DNA from: Octopus vulgaris
Lineage: Eukaryota
Direction: 5' to 3'
NCBI GenBank assembly: GCA_951406725.2
Contig: OX597818.1
Location: 63,178,001 to 63,242,000, forward strand
Length of the DNA stretch: 64,000 bases
Shown: piece after piece, positions 1 through 12,997 of the stretch
Layout: each line of letters starts with the position of its first letter
How positions within the stretch are numbered: the first letter of the stretch is position 1
Position numbers and translations under genes: made by a program
The notes under the pieces: model-generated
Told to the model about the DNA's origin: nothing
Seen by the model: the letters and a program-made list of their open reading frames with translations, nothing else
The model's database searches: none

Positions 1-73
1 AGTGCTAAGAAACTCTCAAGACAGCTGAATAGTAAATGATCTTCAGAATAAAAGTCTCAGAATAAAAGAGTTG

Positions 74-347
74 GATCTTTGCCCTTTGACGAAAAATACA
101 TCGCCGATAGTTGTTGCTGACAAACAACGGCAGTAATTTTATTCCGCTGAATACACGTCATTGAGTGGTTGAAATTACCGAAATAGGACTACTTTAACGT
201 GAAATAACTTCGTAAATATAAGTTTTTCTCAAAAATGCTAAGAGTAAAAGATGTTTTATATGATACATTCTACAGGTGTTCGAAGTTTGAAAGTGTTTAG
301 TTACAAAAAAAAATATTTTTAAAATCTGTTTTCAAAAGATAAAGATC
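74..347. mobile_element. Putative MITE with imperfect 16-bp TIRs
   Basis: gatctttgccctttga (74) vs tcaaaagataaagatc (332-347); no clear TSD. Confidence 0.4.
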
Positions 348-523
348 TAAAGTGTTTCTTCACAGTTTCCTTCACTCTAAGTATGGATGGTCAAAAAATG
401 GTAGCGGTTTGTGAGTTGTGTCTGTAACTTCAGGGAGAAGGTAAAACATTTTTTCCTATGTAATTGATTAGAAATGAACGTGGAATATGCTAGATATTTG
501 TATCAGTGGTATAACGTGACATA

Positions 524-762
524 GTGGAGGCGCGTGGTTTAGTGTTTAGGCTGTTGAACTCATGACCATAAGTTTGTGGTTTCGAATTCTGGACCGGGCG
601 ACCGGTTGTGTTCTTGAGCATAACACTTCCTTTCAAGTTGCTCTAGTTCACTCAGCTGGCAACAGTGAGTAATCCTGCGAGGGACCGGCGTCCCTTTCTG
701 GTGGGGAATATATATGCTATGGAATCCGACCCTTCTTAGACGGCATGGCTCGAGGCGGTAGC
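524..762 (+). mobile_element. tRNA-derived SINE (older copy)
   Basis: A/B-box-like head gtggaggcgcgtggtttagtg...ggtttcgaattct; tail shared with 871-1173. Confidence 0.75.
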
Positions 763-870
763 TTCAAATATTTTAACTTTACTTATATTGCGACTTATTT
801 CAGTGGTTTATTTAGGTTGAACTAAACAGGTCAATGAAGTTTATTTCGTGTGGAATATCTAATAAAATTT

Positions 871-1173
871 GTGGAGGCACATGGCCTAGTGGTTAGAGCA
901 GCGGACTCGCGGTCGAGGGATCGCGGGTTCTAATCTCAGACCGGGCGATGCGTGTGTTTATGAGCGAAACACCTAAGCTCCACGCGGCTCTGGCAGAAGG
1001 TAATGGCGAACATCTGCTGACTCTTTCACCATAACTTTCTCTCACCCTTTCCTTCTGCATGTTGCAGCTCACCTGCGACGGACTAGCGTCCTGTCCAGGT
1101 GGGGAACCTATATGCCAAGAAAACCGGGAAACCGGCCCTTATGAGCCAGGCATGGCTTGAAAAGGAACAATCA
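871..1173 (+). mobile_element. tRNA-derived SINE, full length
   Basis: A box tggcctagtgg and B-box-like gggttctaatct; perfect 14-bp TSD atctaataaaattt (857-870 / 1174-1187). Confidence 0.9.
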
Positions 1174-2339
1174 ATCTAATAAAATTTACTTCAATCTAAT
1201 TTGAGAGTGTGGGCTCACTCACAGTCATATTCCTAAATAATGACTAAAATGGACGTTGCTTTGATTTGCGGTTTTACCGTCGTAATGAGAGATGACGTAT
1301 GTAATTACGAACAAACTGATATACTGGAGCGACAGATATCTTCAAACTGAACAACTCTTTTTACTAACTGCATTAGAAACGGACTCAAATTTTAAACTAC
1401 ATCAACAACGGATCTAATCTCTAGAAGATTATTTCCTAAGTCCTGATTAAATTATTTCTCTTAGATTTCCTACAGTTGAAGTCCACAAACAATTTGTCTT
1501 ATATTCATTCAGTTTTTGTATAAGTAATATTAAGGAAAAATTTATATTTACCGAGGACAGCAGGAAATATCTAAAGCAGGGAAAAATATAAATAAAAGCA
1601 GAATTAAAGCAATATTCAAAAGAATTAAGAGACAATTAAACCAGCGAAAACTAGGAAGAGTGAAATACCGGAGAATTAGCTGAAAGCTGATTGTGAATCA
1701 GAAACATTAAAATTAACGAACAGCTTAAATAAATGACACTAAAAATCGAATCTTTTCTGGTATATTAAACAAAATATGTTTGTGTTAAAGAAACGTTTAG
1801 TTCATGTACTCTTGTGTTTCTAAAATAATAGATGATTCGATATCCTGAGCAGAGAGAAAAGAAGAGCAGGGTTATTTATGTTATACATAGAAAATCAGTG
1901 ATATATGTAAATTAAAAGCGGTTTTGAAGCAAAAAAAAAAAAAAAAAATCTGTTCACCATGGGTAGATTTCAATAATGAACTCAGCTTAATTTACTGAAT
2001 TATGTATGTAGTAAATATACATTTCTCACATAAGGTACTTTCCAAATTCTTTATACAAAATATAATTTGGTTTAAATAATAATAAAATGAAAAGAAAAAA
2101 ACTTTTTGGCTAAATTGCCAAAGAGATTAAGAAATATATCCATGGCATTAATGTTTTAAAATAAATACATATATTAAATATGTATATATAATACTTGGTC
2201 ACCCAACAGGGTGTTGTGTCTAGAGTTTCTTTTTATGGCTGAATCAATAATATAACTATTGAAGAAATTTCAGGTGTGGAAACAAGATTTAGAGTCAAAG
2301 AACAATTAGGCTTAACCTAGCATAAACCAAATTCTTCGT

Positions 2340-3388
2340 GAGTAGGAAAGCAAAGAAGTCATAAATGCCTTCAGGTAGATTACATTGGTCAATGTGTCGA
2401 AGGTACATAGGGAGAACACAAACTAAATGTGTACAGAAAATAGATTCCATCAAATGCCGGGGCGGGATGAGGGTAATTTGGAGTTAGTTGATAGCTTCCA
2501 TCGGTAGCGGAGGTCGATGCTTCGGGAGCGTAGCTACGACAATAAGAATAGGCTGGGCAAAGTTCAGAGAGCTCTATCTCTGTTGGCAACAAAGTGCCTG
2601 TGCTTCAAATTGAAGGGCAAACTGTATGACACCTGTGTGCATACAGCTATGTTACGCGGAAGTGATACATTGGATACGACCTCCGAGGACATACGTAGGC
2701 ATGTAGGAAATGAAGCTAACTCGCTTCGCTGGAGGCGGTGTCAGAGTGGAAGGGTCTTTAGAGAAAGGTTGGGCATAAGAGGCATCAGATATGGCATGCC
2801 AGTGATACGATTACGCTGGTATGGTCATATGTTGCGTATGAACAAGGACATCTGTGTAAAGACATGCCGATCTCTAACTGTGCGGTGAAATTTGTGGAAG
2901 TGGTAGACCCAGAAATATATGGGATGAGGTGGCGAAGCAGGATTTTCGAACGTTGGGCCTCACGGAGGCAATAACTAGCGACGCGAACATTTGCCGATGT
3001 GTGTGATTGAGAAGAACCGTCAAGCTAAGTGGAATCGTAGTCCTAGTCGATGCCGATCTCAAGTAATTGGCACCCGTGCCGGTGGCACGTAAACGATTTC
3101 TTTTGAGCGTTGGGCCTCACGCAGGCAATGGGATAGGACCGAGACATTTGGCGATATGATGTGCTTCAGCCGAATATCAATCCAAGTGAAATCATAGTCC
3201 TGGAAGTTACTGGTGTCATGCAGCAGGCACCTGTGTCGCTGGCGCATATAAGCACCCGTTACACACCCGGAGTGGTTGGCGATATCTAGCCGTAGAAACT
3301 ATAATAAATCAGACTGGAGTATGGTGCAGACCCTCACCTCACCAACCCAGGTCAAATCGTCTAAGGACTCTAAATGATGATTATTATG
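2340..3388 (+). mobile_element. RTE-clade LINE 3' fragment with duplicated 3'UTR units
   Basis: KLKGKLYDTCVHTAMLRGSDT, RLRWYGHMLRM and GRPR motifs. The unit cgttgggcctcacg(g/c)aggcaat occurs at ~2951 and ~3108. Ends in a (GAT)-like tail. Confidence 0.75.
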
Positions 3389-3392
3389 TATG

Positions 3393-3476
<84 letters not shown>
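3388..3476. repeat. (TA)n(TG)n; similar TA/CA arrays at 8168, 17988, 19988, 25785, 27605, 28555, 32880, 33340, 34973, 39970, 42609, 45008 and 56918
   Basis: Direct inspection. Confidence 0.95.
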
Positions 3477-3479
<3 letters not shown>

Positions 3480-4101
3480 TTTGTTGGTTTCAGAAAAAAA
3501 GATTGTTTCTTGCAAATACTAATACTCTGGTGTATTTATAATTTAGCTGAGGTCCTCTTCCCGAAGACAACTGTATATATTTATGTATGTGTGTGTTGTT
3601 TGGTTGTGTGTATGTATATATACACCCACAGGCACATACACGCACATGCATATGTTTATATGTGAAGTGAAGTTGAAATGCACGAAGAATCTTTTAGGTT
3701 TAAAGATTTCCTTATATTTTATACTAAAGGAATACACTTGGCCGGTTTCACCATAGATTTTCAAAATTCCTTGTAGTTTAGGGAGTTATGTCGCGAATTA
3801 TATCTTATCTGGCCGTTGTCAGAAAACGTATGTTGGTTTTAAACATAAGAATGTGGTACTCAGTGTTAACGTACAAATTGATCGGTTAACGTTCATGTGT
3901 TAAGCACATGTGACAATAGTGAAATGGCGGTCATATAATAATTTTTCTATATAGAATATGCCAAATGATAATCAGGAAAAGGAGATATATGTGTTATATT
4001 TCTTTTACATTGTTTTCTCTCTCGTTTTATTCCTTGAATAATAAATATTGAAAGCTGCTTTTAATAAAAATAAATAAGTGTTTACATAAAAGTATTATGG
4101 A

Positions 4102-4485
4102 CTAGCAGTATCGCCCGGCGTTGCTCAGGTTTGTAAGGGAAATAACTATAAAGCATTTTTAGAGAGTTATAGCCAAACAATAGCAAAAAAATGGAAGAAA
4201 ATGATGGTAAATTTTTTTTGAGATTTAAAAAAGGTGGAGTTGCGTCCCCTAGACAGTTTGTGGTTTGTGTTTCTGATTCTCGACCCCATGTCGAATTTAT
4301 CGATTTTTTTCAGAACTGGGGGAACTTTTCAAAATTTTCGCTGCGTTAGTTTTGAATTATGACATTGGGCTATGTGTGTGTCAAGTTTCATTAGAATCGG
4401 TTGAAAGCCGTGGTCAGGGTGAGGGTACAACCTAACAGACACACAGAAACACACACAGACAAACTGCCGTTTATATATAGAGAGA
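4102..4485 (-). mobile_element. Non-autonomous Helitron
   Basis: Minus strand starts TC and ends CTAG, is inserted between A and T, has a subterminal GC hairpin (cctgagcaacgccggg) and no TSD. Confidence 0.75.
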
Positions 4486-6494
4486 TAAGTAATGTTTGTT
4501 ACCACTCAACATTATTTTTCCGTCGAGTTACTTCCTGCGTCATTGTAGAGGTTTCAGAATTAACTGCCTTGTTTGTGGTATTATAGATAACTCTCTGGAA
4601 GTAAGTTACTAGTTAATATTAGTTTACTCCTATTGAACATGATGAAACGTATATGTTATCTGTCATCGAGTTCTGGGCAGATGTGGAGTAAATTCGTTAG
4701 CTATTAGCTACTATTTGAGTCTTGGATTCCTCATAACAACCGAAATAAGATATAACAGAATATATTTTTAAATAAATACTTCTACAATAATCAGTTAAAA
4801 GCGAATCACATATTTCTCTTACTTTTATAGCCCGTTCAGAAGTGGCTTCTATTTTTATAATAATAGAATTTTCTTTATTTAATTTGTAGCATTATCCGCA
4901 TATTCATAAAGTGGAAAAACAAGTAATTGTACATATTTGGTTTTCGCGCATATGTCCAGATGTCCCAAAGGCAGAATTTGTCTAATGATGGGATCTCAGT
5001 TTTTTTGATGATGAATTGGTAATCAAATTTATAAACTGAATTGTCTTTGTCCAATGGCATCTTCGTCCTATACATTGCATTTGATGAGCATATTTATATA
5101 TATACGCATCGCACGCACACACGCACACATATATAAAATCAAAATAAGCAACAGGATATCAAGTAGTGATGCAGTACGACCGCATCAAGCGGCCCCATTC
5201 AACTGAACAATGCAATCATTACTCCAGCTTAAACATAATGCCATCTTCAGCTGCACAGATAAATAATTGGAATTTTAACACGTAGGACATATTAATATTA
5301 TCTTTCTCACATATTTTAACAGAGCGAAAACATGGAAGAAATTCATGTTTTCGCTACTGTAGCTAAGAATAAACTACATATCTAAGAATCGAATTGAACA
5401 ATTCGATCGCTACTTCTCTCATTACCATATGCCTGATCGCTATTATAATAATCTTAATTGAGACAGGCAGATATAAATTATAGTAATATCACTGTAAACA
5501 AAGAAATTTGCGAGTTCCAAATGATAACATCAAATTCATGTTAAAGATGATAAAACAGTAATATCATATTGAACGATATTTCAACTGACAGGATGCGACA
5601 CAAACCCTCTTATAACATCTACTTGATTAAATTTAAACCAGGAAGTGTAAATTATGAACAGTGATTTTCAGTGGTGAGAAAAAGTTTAGTGAAATTACTG
5701 TAAACTGTTTGTGTATGTTACCCACACTCAGTTTTGTCCATTTCCTTCATCTGCTGAAATTTTAATAAATACAATTCTTTAACACTAATTCTTTTTCATT
5801 CTGAATAAAACCTTCTGAATACAAAAAAATTATAAGAGGATTCTAGTATCTGAAGATGAGTCACTGGTTATTTGCTTGTAAAATTATTTCTTTAGAGAAC
5901 GCATTTTAATAACGAATGATAAGAACAGAAAGTTAATTGAAAAATCAGCTTAAAAAATTATACGTTATAATAATAATAGAGAATTATCTCGTTAATGTAA
6001 TGAAACTACGTTGTTCGTGCAAAGCTTCTTAGCAAAACTTTCTATAAACAGATATGAAGTTATGATTATATTGAAACGTAACGTGAAGTTAAACAACAGA
6101 ACACTAGAAAATAAATTCATATAATATACAAGGAAGTAGATATTTTTGTAGTCTTTATTAATTGAGCTGAAACTCAATACATAAAGAGAGAAAAATTATA
6201 TTAAGAATACCAGTAAAGAAAATGTGAAGTTTTCATTATTCAGAATTTTGATTCGTAGCTCACTTATTACGATGGATTGGATTCTTAGAAAAAATAATCA
6301 TTTACTTTATATAACATGAGTTATTATCAAATATTCCATCACCGGAGAAAGTTACATATGAATTGTTACAAACATGAATTCCTTTCCTTTCTAACTCGTT
6401 ACTAAGATACTTAATACGAAAATATTCTTAATACGAAAATTCTTTTTTGTGTGACTGTTACATATACATCAGTGAGATAATGTATTTTATTAAC

Positions 6495-7378
6495 TTATCA
6501 TCTGTTAACTGTTATCCAATGGGCGGAGAAACATAACATGCAGCTAAACGAGAAAAAGTTCAACGTAATCCATGCATTCTAACAACCAGGCACTCTTCCC
6601 TCGGGCGAAGCCCTTGTTGCATCTATCACTACTAGAGACCTGGGTGTTACAAAATAGGCTGGAGTGCTCACACAGACAACAAACTTGACATGGCTCGCAG
6701 GGTGGGCTCCTGGATCCTCAGGATTTTCCGGTCTAGAGATGCCCCTCTGATTATTATACATTTTTCTGCTTTTGATCTCCCTCACCTTCAAAAGTGCTGT
6801 CCGCTGTGGCTTCCCACCCCACCACACGATAGAGAATATTATGAAAATTGACGCTCTCCAGAGATCAATCACAAAACAATAGATGACATTGACTATTAGG
6901 ATCGAGTCAAAAAGACCTGGCTTTACACCCTGCTATGCCGCCGTGTGCGCTATATCATCTGTATGATGTGGAAAATATCCCATCAATATTGCTCAAATAA
7001 TATAGCTATCATCTCTAAAACTCATCCGGGGCTTGGTCCCCGTGCGATTCGTCCATTACTGAAATGATATTCGTGGTTGTACCTCGACACTACGACAGCA
7101 CTATTTCGTCTAACCTGGCCGTGCTCTCTTCAACATCGTGCCAGCCCACACGAAAGAGGAAAGTTATTCCATGGCACTCCTTAGATAATATGATTACCTC
7201 CAACAAATAGCACACAAACCACCCACACCCGAATATGTCTCTGAAACAACTTTCTGCTCAAATGGGCTATGGGGCCCAAGAGCTGACTGTGTATCTCCTC
7301 CAGGTGGTGCTATTAAATTTGAGATAGCATGAGCCAACTTCGGCCAAAACTTGCCTGAAGTTGTATGCAAGTAAGTAT
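6495..7378 (+). mobile_element. Degenerate CR1/L2-type LINE 3' half
   Basis: IQWAEKHNMQLNEKKFNVIH, RDLGV and ARRVGSWILRIFRSRD motifs; ends in an aagtaagta tail. Confidence 0.65.
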
Positions 7379-7429
7379 TACATTGAAAAAAGTTATAACG
7401 AATAAATTTTTCTTTCCCAAATACAAGAC

Positions 7430-8130
7430 TTGTTCGACTGAAAGTTAAAACATTGGTTTCGTTGTATCTATTACGGAACGCCTGAAATCTCTTATGCTCT
7501 AGTTTATATCCGAGGTTGAGATTGGTGACTCTCCTGTTGGAAACATTAGCACTATATTTATGCATAATTTGGTTTTTATTGGGCCGAGAAACTTTTGCAG
7601 TTGAAAACAGGATTTCTGTAACATTGAATGGTTTGATTTTCTTATCAATAGCATATACTTGGAATTTTTTCTATCAAAGATTAAACGGAAAGAAAGAAAC
7701 TATTTAGATTTCTGTAAATAAGTGGACATTTATTACAGAGTTGGAATGGAAGGAAGTTGTTTCTTCTCTTGATTGTGGCAGCTAGAAAAAAATACATAAT
7801 TGTAGCCCTGAGGCCTGCAAAAGCCTCGCAAAATTGATCAGGCTCTGCTAACAGTCTGGTGATAACCGGTTGAAATTTCCATTTGTTCAAATGCAGTTTT
7901 AAGGAAAGCACATCTGGTCAACCATATATTATCTGGGTGTAGCATCTTTTTTGGTTATCAGATAGAGAATAGCGTAAGGTGTTGGTGATGTCGGTAAAAC
8001 ATAGTTTTCTGTTTTGCACACTCTAGCGAAATTAAAGCCAGAGTCAATATCTCGGTTACTGTGAAGTTATTAAGTCGTTCAATGTGCAGGAATTATCGAT
8101 TGGATAAGATAACTAATTAATGTTATTAGA
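7430..8130 (+). mobile_element. Possible old RTE-like LINE remnant
   Basis: LETLALYLCII resembles QGDTLAPYLFII; otherwise heavily decayed. Confidence 0.3.
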
Positions 8131-8166
8131 TGGGAATCACGGTTGATATCTCTCAAAATGAAGACA

Positions 8167-8230
<64 letters not shown>

Positions 8231-8257
8231 ATATAATATAATATATAATATATATAC

Positions 8258-8315
<58 letters not shown>

Positions 8316-9019
8316 TACATACATAAATACATACATACACACACACACATATATATATATATAGTGAAGGAAAATGATTTAATGGTCTAATCTGTTTATT
8401 GGAACTTTCGACGATATGACGATAAGATTATAACACTGATATATGTTGCAGTAGCAGTGAAAATGGCGCATGATTTTATGTTACTAAATATCATTATTAG
8501 CTGTTGTGTCATAGGCAAAAAGTGCGTGATCAAATACAAAATTGTAACTTCATTTGATGGTGCCAAGTGAGAGTGATTAATCCCGGAAAAAATTCCACTC
8601 TTATGGCTTCCAAGGACCTAAATGGAGATCGTCAGTTCGATATCAGGTAAATGAGGTGTTTTACTTCTTAGTAACATTTTGCCGAACTTATACGTTGTTG
8701 GGAGAATCGTAAACAGCAAAAGTTAAGCCTACCATAAAGGGAAGACCACAATATCTGGTAGTAGGAATTCCTGTTTAAAGTTTAAAACCTCCCTTAGAAT
8801 GAAACACACAAGGCTTATATCGTTAAAATGGCTGAAGGATACGATTAAATTTAACGAACGTTATCACTTCAGACTGTCGTTCGAAAATTATTCTTAAGCA
8901 CATAACATGTCTAAATTCCCATTGTTATCATAACGATTTTCTCTCTTAAGCGTGATATTCCATTCTGTATGATGCGGATGATAACCCATCTTTAGATGAA
9001 TATGTGATGTACATAGATT

Positions 9020-9407
9020 CTCTTCTTAGCACTCCGTCGGTTACGATGATGAGGGTTCCGGTTGATCCGAATCAGCGGAACAGCCTGCTCGTGAAATTAA
9101 CGTGTAAGTGGCTGAGCACCCCACAGACACGTGCACCCTTAACGTACTTCTCGGGGATATTCAGCGTGACACAGAGAGTGACAAGGCCGGCCCCTTTGAA
9201 ATACAGGTACAACAGAAACAGGAAGTAAGAGTGAGAGAAAGTTGTGGTGAAAGAGTACAGCAGGGATCATCACCATCCCCTGCCGGAGCCTCGTTGAGCT
9301 TTAGGTGCTTTCGCTCAATAAACACTCACAACGCCAGGTCTGGGAATCGAAACCGCGATCCTATGACCGCGAGTCCGCTGCCCTAACCACTGGGCCATTG
9401 CGCCTCC
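9020..9407 (-). mobile_element. tRNA-derived SINE, full length; head/body shared with the 871 copy, different tail
   Basis: Head ggaggcgcaatggcccagtgg..ggtttcgattccc; TSD gtacatagatt / gtgcatagatt. Confidence 0.88.
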
Positions 9408-12404
9408 GTGCATAGATTAATGCATTATATTCGATTTAGTCTATCACCAGTATTCATTGACTGTCGAGAATGCAGTCAGTTAGTTCCTCAGGATAAAAGG
9501 CTGGATCACCTTAAGCTAATTTGAAAGGGAATAGAGAATATAGTCAGATTAAAAGTACATAAAATGCATAGTCTTTGAATCATCAGTTCGAACTTTAGAT
9601 GCAGTTGTTTTCGTTATTTCTTCCACGTTCTGACACTTGAGCCAATTCCACACATTTTCCTTCTTGAAGGACACACCGACTGATCAGAAAGGCAGATGCG
9701 TCTCCTCGTTGCCAGCATTCGTATTTCTCTATGAATATTATAAATGAATATCATTATTCTACACATTTTCCAACATCTCTCTCATTATATCTATATGTAT
9801 ATGTCGTTATTTGTATTTATACATTTATATCGTTCATGCACACATATACATATGTATGCCTGTCTGTATATATAAATAATATATACGTTAGTTAGTCCTA
9901 AGCTGACATTCTGTCAAGTGCTACTGCTTAGAGTCCGAGGGGCCCAGGTAGAAATAGCAGCTAAAAGTGGAAGTCCTGAACCAGAGATGAACTGCGGGAT
10001 GCCAATTGAAGTCATACCCAAGACATTCCATCAGAGGTTTGGGACGCAAAAGTATATTTGGTTAATATCAGAGCTCACAGAAAACCCTCTGGGAGTGAGG
10101 GACTGCTAGCTGTTGGTGCAACATTCTTCTTGGAAAGGGATGTTGATGTACAACCTTTCATATCATTAATTATCATCTCACTTCGGCCTGACAATAGCTA
10201 TTAATCACTATGACACAGAGAGTAGTACTCCTGTTGTACAAGCGCTTACCATGACAATCCAATGAAACACAGGTGTCTGTGTATGGTAGCCTCATTTGTC
10301 ATTCTATATGTTTAAAGACCTATAGCGTTGGAAGAGTGGTGACATGTGTAGACCTAACTAGTTTCAAGCGCACAATACCTTGAAACCTCCATTTCTCACC
10401 TGCGCTTTAGACCATAATCACCTGAAAGGAATTATCTGAGAGAATATGAGAGGAAAGTCAGAAATGCTATTGACAACGCGGAAATAGAAAGAAGCGGCAA
10501 TCATTTGTGAAAATATAGCAATTAGCCAAAGATAGACACACGCGCGCGCGTAAGTTCTTTTCAAGGCAGAAAGATGTAAATATAATTTTCAAAGAATTTT
10601 CTCCTTGCAAATATACTTCGATACATTAAAGGGAATTAGGATGATATACACAATATGTAGTAAAAGACATAAAATATAAAATTAGTGCTGTCTTCTCGTT
10701 CGAAACTGCTGCGAAGTAAATAAAAAAATAAAAAATAAAAAAAACTCAGAAAGACCGTTAAATGTCTTGTATACAAGATTGATATAATTATTGATGATGT
10801 ACATCCTCGCATTGTTAATAAAATTTTCAGAGCATAATCTTTTACATCTTCATCATCGTGACAGTAACAGTAGCTTTCCTTTATATTACAGAGTGTAAGA
10901 AAATAAAGAAACATTATTGGATTAGTCTGAATTGTATACTTGGTATAAAATGGTAAAAAATGATATGAAAAAATATGAAGGAACATTAAACTGGTTTTCT
11001 TTAGGACAGGTACGGAACGTAATGGCGGCATGCAGAAATTACCAGCAGGCTTTCGCCATAAAGAATATTGTATGCAGAATGAAATAGTCTTATATTAGAC
11101 TTCATATAATTTAATTAGTTCTCCCGTAATTGTGCGTTTTAGAATTTCATTCCGAAAGTAATTTAAACAATGTTCGATGGCAGTTTGCTCAAAAATTATA
11201 TTTATTCTAGCTGCAGGTCGACCAACTATTTTTCTGAAACGTTTGTTTGACTAAAGATAAATGAATATTTCTCGACAGAGTTGTTCATGTCTAAAGTAGT
11301 AGGTATATTCAGCCACACGACGGAGCATCTTCATTTCGACATAGCGTGATTGTCCCTTCCTTCCATCAAATCTTTAGGCCCTGGAAACATTCATACGCTA
11401 GAAAACTCCTTCTTGATAATTATGTTTTACAATCTTCTATTAGGAATAAATATATTAACGGCTTAATTTACGTACGTTTTCCCGATTTGTTTACTTTAGT
11501 AATAAAAAAAGAACGAAACGTAACCTCTCTATGACTCCCCATTCTGATGGAAATAGCAATGAATCTCCCTCAAATAAAACAATGTTATTTCGGAATGTAA
11601 TCATATTAGATAATTCAATCCATTGTAACTCTAAAACAACATGGTGAGATAATAAATTAATAACAAATATTTTGGTCATAGATATTTCATTCGATCAGAA
11701 TTGACCTGAAGCAAAACAATAATTATTGTTCGTAATAGTTTGTTATTGCTATACAAAGTTGCTTTGTGAATAAAAAAAAACATTTAGAGATATTGACCTA
11801 GGAACATACTGTTATGCATTGAATCTGTGTTCGCATGAGATCCTTTCTCAAAACGAATCCCACATTTTTTTTAATAAAGGACACACTCGAGGTATTGGAT
11901 GAGATCACTTCGGCTGGAATAACAACAGCCTATTGTATTATGAGTGCTTGAAGCTTTTCTGTTCATACAGATACATTGAGAAATATCTAATATCTCAAAA
12001 TATTTATGATTGACTAGTTACCCCTTCCGTCTCCATCGTAACAAAAAGAAATCATTTAAACGTTTGCGGTAAATAAATGCTTGTTTTCTCATATTTCTAT
12101 TTCAACAATGGAATCGCTGAGGATGTTAAATATGCTGGTACATGAAGAAAAACAAAAGAATGGGTTCCACTGAATAAGCAATAATGACAGTGTTTAACAT
12201 TTAAGTAAACACACGAACACAAAAGTCATAGTAATTATCATGTGTCCCAAATAATTTAATGATATTCTGGCCTCACAATTATGCAAATAATCTGATTCAT
12301 TGCTCTTTTATATTTTCTTTCTCTTGAAAATATCACTTGTTATAAGGATGTGGTCCTTTATATACAAACTGTGTAGCAGACATTTTACAAAGATCTTATC
12401 CATA

Positions 12405-12997
12405 TTAATATTTTTTTCTACTCTAGGCGCCAGACCCAAAGTTTTTGGGGAGGTTCATGTCGATTAGAGCGACCCCAGTACATAAGTGGCACTTAATTTA
12501 TCGACCCCGAAGGATGAAAGGCAAAGTCGACCTCCCGTTATTTGAATTCAGAACGTAACGACAGATGAAATACCTATTTCTTTATTACCCACAAGGGGCT
12601 AAACACAGATAGGACAAACAAGGACTGACAAACGGATTAAGTCGATTACATCGACCCCAGTGCGTAACTGCTTAGCGGTGTTTCGTCTGCCGTTACGTTC
12701 TGAGTTCAAATTCCGCCGTGGTCGACTTTGCCTTTCATCCTTTCGGGGTCGATAAATTAAGTACCAGTTACGCACTGGGGTCGATGTAATCGACTTAATA
12801 CCTACGTCTGTCCTTGTTTGTCCCCTCTGTCTTTAGCCCCTTGTGGGTAATAAAGAAATAGGTACTTAATTTATCGACCCCGAAAGGATGAAAGGCAAAG
12901 TCGACTTCGGCAGAATTTGAACTCAGAACGTAACGGCAGACGAAACACCGCTAAGCATTTCGCCCAACGTGCTAACGTTTCTCCCCGCTCGCCGCCT
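12405..12997 (-). mobile_element. Compound SINE (Nin/Deu-like core): two tandem minus-strand units plus a nested plus-strand unit (12671-12860)
   Basis: Core gtcgactttgcctttcatcctttcggggtcgataaattaagtacc occurs three times; outer TSD tcttatccata (12394-12404 / 12998-13008). Confidence 0.85.

Noticed and set aside
871-945. tRNA-like sequences at 524, 871, 9335-9407 and 41656
   Set aside because: They are SINE heads continuing into SINE bodies, with TSDs at 871 and 9020; not tRNA genes.
12470-12960. Repeated atcgacccc motifs resembling a CRISPR-like array
   Set aside because: Explained by nested SINE cores; no regular repeat-spacer periodicity, and the context is eukaryotic.
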